64,000 bases of DNA from Candidatus Parcubacteria bacterium (GTDB taxonomy: Bacteria; Patescibacteriota; Patescibacteriia; Patescibacteriales; UBA12075), in assembly GCA_963814275.1 (NCBI GenBank), contig CAWFCE010000001.1, positions 387,307 to 451,306 on the forward strand, given 5' to 3'. Shown here one piece after another: positions 57,929-64,000 of the stretch. How positions within the stretch are numbered: position 1 is the first letter of the stretch; every line of letters starts with the position of its first letter. The translations under genes were made by a program, and so were the position numbers. Below the pieces are notes generated by a model. That model was not told the origin of the DNA, did not search any database, and saw nothing but the letters and a program-made list of their open reading frames with translations.

Positions 57929-60900
57929 ATGAAATTTGTCCATCTCCATGTCCATACCCATTATTCGCTCCTTGACGGCCTGACCAAGATCGACGAATTG
58001 GTCGGGGAAGCCAAGCAGGAAGGGGCGCCGGCCGTGGCCATCACCGACCATGGCGTGATGTACGGGGTGATCGAATTCTACCAGAAATGCCTGAAAGCCG
58101 AGATCAAGCCGATCATCGGGGTCGAGACGTATCTCGCTCCCGGATCGCGCTTCGACAAGATCACCAAAGAGCATGAAAAAACCAATTACCATATTTTGCT
58201 ATTGGCGAAAAACAACCAGGGCTACAAGAACCTGATCGCCCTGACGACCATCGCCCATTTGGAAGGGTTCTATTATAAGCCGCGTATCGACTGGGAGACG
58301 CTGGTCAAATACCACGAGGGACTGATCTGCTCGAGCGCCTGTCTGGCCGGTGAGATACCGACCCTCATCAGGGCGGGCAAGACCGACCGGGCGCGGCAAA
58401 GGATAGAGGAATATCGCGACCTATTCGGTGAAGGGAATTATTATCTCGAACTGATGCACCATCCCGAACTGCCCGAACTGCCGCCGGTCAACGAACAGCT
58501 GATCGGATTTTCCCGCGAGTTGGGCGTGCCGCTGGTCGCGACCAACGACGTCCATTATCTGCATCGCGACGATGACGAGGCGCAAGATATCCTTCTCTGC
58601 CTGCAGAACAAGAAAAAGAAAGAAGACAGCGACCGGCTCAATATGACCGGCGCCGATTTCTCCTTCCGCTCTATGCGCAGTATGATCGATGCTTTTAAGG
58701 ATACGCCGGACGCGATCGACAATACGGTCAAGATCGCCGAACAATGCAACGTCGAGATCGAACTGGAAAAGATCCAGCTGCCATATTTTTCCGTGCCGGA
58801 CAAGACCAGCGGCAATGAATATTTGCGCCATTTATGCGAAGAAGGCCTGAAAAAACGATATAATACCGAATATGCGGTGGCGAGACAGGATCTTAAAGAG
58901 CGGATGGACTATGAACTGTCGGTGATCGAAGGGATGGGGTGGCCGTCTTACTTCCTGATCGTATCCGATTTCGTCAATTGGGCGAAAGAAAACGGCATAG
59001 TCGTGGGGCCCGGACGGGGCAGCGCCGCGGGATCGCTGGTATGTTATCTGACCGGAATCACCAATATCGATCCGATGAAATACGGTTTGCTATTCGAACG
59101 CTTCCTTAATCCCGACCGCATTTCGATGCCGGATATCGACCTTGACTTCGCCGATATCCGGCGCGATGAAGTTATCCGCTACGTAGAGGATAAATACGGC
59201 AAAGACCATGTGGCGCAGATCATCACTTTCGGTACGATGGCGGCCCGGGCGGCGGTCCGCGATGTGGGCCGGGTGCTCGGCGCCAGCTATGATTATTGCG
59301 ACCGGCTGGCCAAATTGATCCCGATGTTCGTCAAACTCGATGAAGCTGTCAAGACCGTACCGGAATTATCCCAGATCTATCGGCAGGAAGAAGAAGCTAA
59401 GCGGATCATCGATTTTGCCCGCCGTTTGGAAGGTGTTGCCCGCCACGCTTCGACCCATGCCTGCGGGGTGTTGATCACCAAGGAGCCTTTGACCGAACAT
59501 GTGCCGATACAGTATGCCTCGTCATCCGACCGCACCATTGTTTCCCAATATTCACTTCATCCGGTGGAAGATCTGGGCCTCTTAAAAATGGATTTTTTGG
59601 GCCTTAAGAACCTGACGATCATCGAATCGGCAATCAGGATAATAAAGAATACGCGCGGCCTGCCGATCCTGATCGACAGCATTCCCCTGGACGACCAGAA
59701 AACATTCGAGTTGTTCAAGAAGGGGGAGACCACCGGTGTATTCCAATTCGAATCAAGCGGTATGCGCCGGTATCTGAAGGAACTGAAGCCGACCGAATTC
59801 GAGGATATTATCGCCATGGTGGCGCTTTACCGGCCCGGTCCTATGGAATGGATACCGGACTATATTTCCGGCAAGCACGGCCACAAAAAACCGGTATACC
59901 TCCATCCGAAACTGGAGCCGATATTGAACAAGACTTACGGCGTGGCGATATACCAGGAGCAAGTGATGCAGATGGCCAGGGATCTGGCGGGTTTTACCAT
60001 GGCCCAGGCCGATGTCCTGCGCAAGGCAGTTGGCAAAAAAATAGCAAAATTGCTCGCCGAACAAAAAGAAAAGTTCGTTACCGGTTGTGTCAAGAACGGG
60101 ATATCGAGCCAGCTGGCAGAGAAGATCTTTTCGTTCATTGAGCCTTTTGCCGGCTACGGTTTCAACCGATCCCACGCCGCCTGTTACGCCCTGATCGCGT
60201 ACCAGACCGCGTATCTCAAGTCGCATTGGCCGACGGAATTCATGGCCGCGTTATTGACTGCCGACCAACAGAATATCGACCGGCTGGCGGTCGAGATCGA
60301 AGAATGCCGGCGCATGGGCATCGAGGTGAAAAGTCCGGATGTCAACCAGTCGTACGAATCATTTACCGTAGTTACCACGGGTACTGAACAGAACCAGGTT
60401 GCCGGCCAGGATGAGACCATCGATACGGTCAGATTCGGACTGCATGCGATCAAGAATATCGGTGAGCATATCGCCGAAGTGCTGATCGCCGAACGGAAGC
60501 AAAACGGACCTTACTCCAGTTTAAGCGACTTGCTCGAGCGGATAACTGACAAGGACCTGAACAAGAAGTCGCTGGAAAGCCTGATCAAAAGCGGCTCGCT
60601 GGACCAGTTTGGCGAGCGCGGCCAGCTGCTTTTCAATATGGAGAATATCCTGGCATACAATAAGGAGTCGGCCCTGCACAAGACAAACGGTCAGACCAGT
60701 CTGTTCGCCGACGCGCCCCAGGCCGGCCTGAAGCACGATATTACGCTCGCCCCCCATCAGCCGATCGACCGCCAGGCGAAATTATCATGGGAGAAGGAGC
60801 TCATGGGTCTTTATATTTCCGAACATCCTTTTGCTGATTTCAAAAAGCACGTGGAGAGTTTGACCGTTCCCTTGCGTGAACTCAGCCGTCTGGGTGATAA

Positions 60901-61468
60901 TCAAGAGGTTACGGTAGCGGGAACAATAACTAAAATCAAGAAAATATTGACACGAACGGGCAAATCAATGGTTTTCGTTAAGATCGAGGATGATACTTCG
61001 GGCACGGAATTGCTGGTATTCCCCAAAGTGCTGGAAAGCACCGCCGCAATCTGGGAGGACGGCCGTACGGTCATTTGTCTGGGCAAAATCTCGGATAAAG
61101 ATCGGGAAAGAAAAGTTATCGTGAATAATGCCCAGTCTTTGACGCTGGAAGGCGCTGAAAGCCAGGTCGGTGAATTTGCCCGCCAGGCGAAAAATAACGG
61201 CCATACCGGCGGTTACGGCCAAATGTCCCGTTACCAGATGAAAAAAGATTTGAAGTTGCATTTTATCCGGCAGTTAGACGCTTCCGCCCTTGGCCTTTTG
61301 AAGCAGATTCTGGAAAAATATCCCGGACGGGACAAAGTGATTTTCGTTATCAAATCGGCTTCCGGGGAACAGATCATGGAAACCGAATATTTTGTGGGGA
61401 ATAATGCGTTTTTGAACCAGGAAATCCGTTCGAAAATGGGAAATTATGTGGTTATTTCGGATAAGTAG
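57929..61468 (+). CDS. dnaE: DNA polymerase III alpha subunit
   Basis: 1179 aa with a PHP domain (FVHLHVHTHYSLLDG), polymerase core and an OB fold near the C-terminus. Confidence 0.97.
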   Translation: MKFVHLHVHTHYSLLDGLTKIDELVGEAKQEGAPAVAITDHGVMYGVIEFYQKCLKAEIKPIIGVETYLAPGSRFDKITKEHEKTNYHILLLAKNNQGYKNLIALTTIAHLEGFYYKPRIDWETLVKYHEGLICSSACLAGEIPTLIRAGKTDRARQRIEEYRDLFGEGNYYLELMHHPELPELPPVNEQLIGFSRELGVPLVATNDVHYLHRDDDEAQDILLCLQNKKKKEDSDRLNMTGADFSFRSMRSMIDAFKDTPDAIDNTVKIAEQCNVEIELEKIQLPYFSVPDKTSGNEYLRHLCEEGLKKRYNTEYAVARQDLKERMDYELSVIEGMGWPSYFLIVSDFVNWAKENGIVVGPGRGSAAGSLVCYLTGITNIDPMKYGLLFERFLNPDRISMPDIDLDFADIRRDEVIRYVEDKYGKDHVAQIITFGTMAARAAVRDVGRVLGASYDYCDRLAKLIPMFVKLDEAVKTVPELSQIYRQEEEAKRIIDFARRLEGVARHASTHACGVLITKEPLTEHVPIQYASSSDRTIVSQYSLHPVEDLGLLKMDFLGLKNLTIIESAIRIIKNTRGLPILIDSIPLDDQKTFELFKKGETTGVFQFESSGMRRYLKELKPTEFEDIIAMVALYRPGPMEWIPDYISGKHGHKKPVYLHPKLEPILNKTYGVAIYQEQVMQMARDLAGFTMAQADVLRKAVGKKIAKLLAEQKEKFVTGCVKNGISSQLAEKIFSFIEPFAGYGFNRSHAACYALIAYQTAYLKSHWPTEFMAALLTADQQNIDRLAVEIEECRRMGIEVKSPDVNQSYESFTVVTTGTEQNQVAGQDETIDTVRFGLHAIKNIGEHIAEVLIAERKQNGPYSSLSDLLERITDKDLNKKSLESLIKSGSLDQFGERGQLLFNMENILAYNKESALHKTNGQTSLFADAPQAGLKHDITLAPHQPIDRQAKLSWEKELMGLYISEHPFADFKKHVESLTVPLRELSRLGDNQEVTVAGTITKIKKILTRTGKSMVFVKIEDDTSGTELLVFPKVLESTAAIWEDGRTVICLGKISDKDRERKVIVNNAQSLTLEGAESQVGEFARQAKNNGHTGGYGQMSRYQMKKDLKLHFIRQLDASALGLLKQILEKYPGRDKVIFVIKSASGEQIMETEYFVGNNAFLNQEIRSKMGNYVVISDK

Positions 61469-61774
61469 TCAATAATAGAAAACAAATAACAGATTATTGG
61501 AAGGTAGGCTATTATTATTTATTGCTAATAAATATCAAAAACAATAATCGTTAGACATAAATGAAAAAAGTTGTTATAATATTATAGAGGGTCTTTAATA
61601 TTGTGCATAAAATAAGATATAGAAAATCAGTATCGAAGGAACTTAAGCAAAAGCTAAATCATAATATAGGTTCTAGTTTGTTGCCTGCTTTTTGTTATCA
61701 CAAAAATTTATTATTCGATATCAAACTAAATAAACATTTTGTAACTTATTAGGTTCAAGATTATTATAATAAGT

Positions 61775-63505
61775 ATGAGCCCAGCTAAAAAAATCACAAA
61801 AATAAAAGTTAAAGATGCCGAAGAGATCCAGGATGAACAATCCGGATCAGCGGTAAAAAAGGCCGCTAAAACGGTGAAGAAATCCAGCCGGCCGAAGGCC
61901 AAATCAACGTCCATCAAAAAAGTGGCGGGGAAAAAGAAAAGTGAGCCAGTAAAAGTATCAGTTGACCCAAAAGCCGAGCTTAAACCGGAAATTGAAACCA
62001 AGCCTGAACCGCGGAAAATTAACGTAATCAATGAAGATGAGGCGGAAATTAAAGACCAGCCAGAAAACAAGGAGGCAGAGGAAGAAATGGACAGTCAAAT
62101 GTTAAACCCGTTAAGTATAAAATCCCGCTCATTGGCCCGTACCAAGAAGATCGCCCAAACCGAAGTCGAACGGGCGTTATCGAGTGATCGGAGCGTGGTC
62201 AAGGACCTGGTGAAGAGCGAAACGAAGCAGGGCACGGCAAACAGCGAGGAGACCCATCCGGCCGCGGTTGATCAAGCGCGGCCGCAGGATGGACCGGAGG
62301 CGGTGAAAGCGGTTCCGCTGGCAAGGACAGCGGATCAGGAGAGCACAGCTCCGGCTGTGCCGATCAGGCGTTCAGTCGGGCTTTATCGGAAGATCGCCAT
62401 CAGTTTTATGGTGCTTACGCTGGTTCTGGTTGCGGTCATATTCTATTTTACCTTCGTATCGGTCACGATCATATTGGTACCGAATCAGGAACGTATCAGC
62501 AATAATATGATCTTTACGGTCAGCGGCGCCGATAGCGGAACGGCAGGAACCGATGCGGCCATAATACCGGGTACGGTCGAACAGATACAGATAAGCCACG
62601 AGGGCACTTACCCGGCGACAGGCGAGGAAATTATCGGCCAGGAGGCGGTAGGGGAGGTGACAATAATCAATAGCTACACCAAAAACCAGCCGCTGGTGGC
62701 CACGACAAGGCTGTTATCATCGGATGGCAAATTATTCCGCTTGAAGACTACGGTGAATGTCCCGGCCGGAGGTTCCGCCCAAGCATTGATATACGCCGAT
62801 GAGCCCAGTCCGGAAATGGCAATCGGGCCGTCAAAGTTCACTATTCCCGGCCTCTGGGCCGGCCTTCAGGATAAGATTTACGCCGAAAGCGCGAACGATA
62901 TCGTTTACCAGCAAAAAGTGAAGAAGCATATTGCCGCCGAAGACATCGAAAATGCCGTCCGCGATATGAAACAGACTCTCCTGGCACTGGTCCAACAGGA
63001 GGTAAGCGACGCTTATAAGGATTACAGCCAGACGAAGTATAAGATCGACGAAAATTCGATTATCAGCCAGGTAAGTGGGAAAGCCGGCGATGAAGTTGAG
63101 GATTTTCCCGTTTCCATGAAAGCTAATGTGGTCGTGGTTGCATTCGACGGCGAGGCGGCGGCCAATATGACCCGCCAGAAATTTTTGAGCGCCTTGCCTT
63201 CCAATAAGGAGCTGATCAGCTTCGATGATGCCAATATTATATATTCCCTGAATTCATTCGATTACGTGGAGGGTGAGGCGACCATGAACGCGACTTTTGA
63301 AGGCAAAGTAAGCCTAAAGGATAATACGGAAATAGTCGACTTGGACGCGATCAAGGGGCTCAATGCCAGCCAACTGGACCTGTATTTGTCCGACTTGAAA
63401 GAAATAGCCGGATACGAGATCCGCTTTTCCCCGTCTTTTCTGCCCGGTTTCCTCAAGCGCGTACCCCGCCTGGTAGATAGGATCAAGGTGGAGATAAAGA
63501 AATAA
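61775..63505 (+). CDS. Hypothetical membrane-anchored protein with a Lys-rich disordered N-terminus
   Basis: 576 aa with a single TM helix (IAISFMVLTLVLVAVIFYFTFVSVTIILV). I cannot name a family for the C-terminal ectodomain. Confidence 0.5.
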   Translation: MSPAKKITKIKVKDAEEIQDEQSGSAVKKAAKTVKKSSRPKAKSTSIKKVAGKKKSEPVKVSVDPKAELKPEIETKPEPRKINVINEDEAEIKDQPENKEAEEEMDSQMLNPLSIKSRSLARTKKIAQTEVERALSSDRSVVKDLVKSETKQGTANSEETHPAAVDQARPQDGPEAVKAVPLARTADQESTAPAVPIRRSVGLYRKIAISFMVLTLVLVAVIFYFTFVSVTIILVPNQERISNNMIFTVSGADSGTAGTDAAIIPGTVEQIQISHEGTYPATGEEIIGQEAVGEVTIINSYTKNQPLVATTRLLSSDGKLFRLKTTVNVPAGGSAQALIYADEPSPEMAIGPSKFTIPGLWAGLQDKIYAESANDIVYQQKVKKHIAAEDIENAVRDMKQTLLALVQQEVSDAYKDYSQTKYKIDENSIISQVSGKAGDEVEDFPVSMKANVVVVAFDGEAAANMTRQKFLSALPSNKELISFDDANIIYSLNSFDYVEGEATMNATFEGKVSLKDNTEIVDLDAIKGLNASQLDLYLSDLKEIAGYEIRFSPSFLPGFLKRVPRLVDRIKVEIKK

Positions 63506-63657
63506 TTGTAACTGGAGACTTGAGATTTGAAATTAGGGCTTGTCTGTGAGCCAGTAAAATAAACCAAATTTCTTGTTTCTAATTTCCAATTTCTGGTTTT
63601 TGAGAGAAATTTTCCATTAATATTGACAATTATTTTCGATTCATTTATATTGTATTA

Positions 63658-63893
63658 AGTATAGCCGGTGATTGCTATGGCCACCAACCATAGTCCCGCG
63701 TGATCGGGAACCCCAGCAGGGGGCTAAGCCGACGACTAATTGAGAGCCTGGCGCTTACACAGTGGGGGCGTAGCGAGCTACGCCCGAGCCGTGGATAAAC
63801 GCGATACCGGGAAGCTAGATGGAACCGCGGGGAAAAGCCTCGTTCTAGCGTTATAAATTTTTTGTAACGCAGGAATGAGGTTTTATTATTTTT
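63658..63893 (+). ncRNA. Candidate structured RNA of unknown family (about 235 nt)
   Basis: Promoter: TTGACA (63623-63628), 17-nt spacer, TATATT (63646-63651). Multiple GC stems: CTATGG/CCATAG, TCCCG/CGGGA, CCCC-AGCA-GGGG, GGGCGTAGC/GCTACGCCC. Closing helix CCGGT...ACCGG. A terminator hairpin at 63838-63880 is followed by a T tract. There is no ORF. Confidence 0.35.
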
Positions 63894-63962
63894 ATGCAGT
63901 TTGTGGAAGGTTCCGATAATTAATATTTAAAAAAGTTAAAATAAATGAAACCCGACCTTAAA

Positions 63963-64000
63963 ATAACCAATAACCAAGATGCAATAACCAAACAATGACC
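63963..64000. repeat. Second copy of the AACCAAT-word arm seen at 1741-1778
   Basis: 38 nt with 2 mismatches relative to 1741-1778. It is truncated by the window end. Confidence 0.8.

Overview
This is a compact bacterial window, mostly coded on the + strand. Coding regions are moderately GC-rich; spacers are very AT-rich and packed with local hairpin repeats. TGA, TAA and TAG all terminate well-supported genes, so the code is standard.

Recognisable content, in order:
- tatD
- An F1Fo ATP synthase operon (atpZ-like, B, E, F, H, A, G, D, C) interrupted twice
- Two beta-carbonic-anhydrase-like paralogs, a CBS-pair protein and an ArsB/NhaD-type permease
- groES-groEL with a CIRCE operator
- An AI-2E transporter and an O-antigen-ligase/TPR membrane protein
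- An IS200/IS605 element
- tRNA-Leu(CAA) carrying tandem GIY-YIG cassettes
- parA-parB
- A frameshifted HIT gene
- tRNA-Glu(CUC) carrying tandem non-coding cassettes
- fmt, dedA, def
- A protein made of 11 repeats of 28 aa
- A roughly 12-kb island of secreted or surface proteins with cohesin-like and dockerin-like modules
- lexA
- A tetR / receiver / MacA / MacB efflux module
- A DUF4012-like protein
- Two identical-length (1085 bp) IS30 copies, differing at one observed nucleotide, bracketing mreB and a glycosyltransferase
- dnaE

The gene repertoire (DUF4012, giant Ig/cohesin surface proteins, a four-helix-bundle 'IVS protein', tiny GIY-YIG genes) suggests a Patescibacteria/CPR-like genome. 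That is inference only; no search was run.

The most unusual observations:
1. Two tRNA genes are each preceded by head-to-tail cassettes that start with a hairpin-disrupted copy of the tRNA 5' part and end exactly at the next tRNA nucleotide 1. One cassette type encodes a GIY-YIG nuclease.
2. A 20-nt GC palindrome is dispersed upstream of start codons.
3. An IVS-like stem-enclosed four-helix-bundle gene and a complete antisense mini-gene sit inside the atp operon.
4. Intergenic hairpins are built from locus-specific short 'words', and some are split by inserted cargo.
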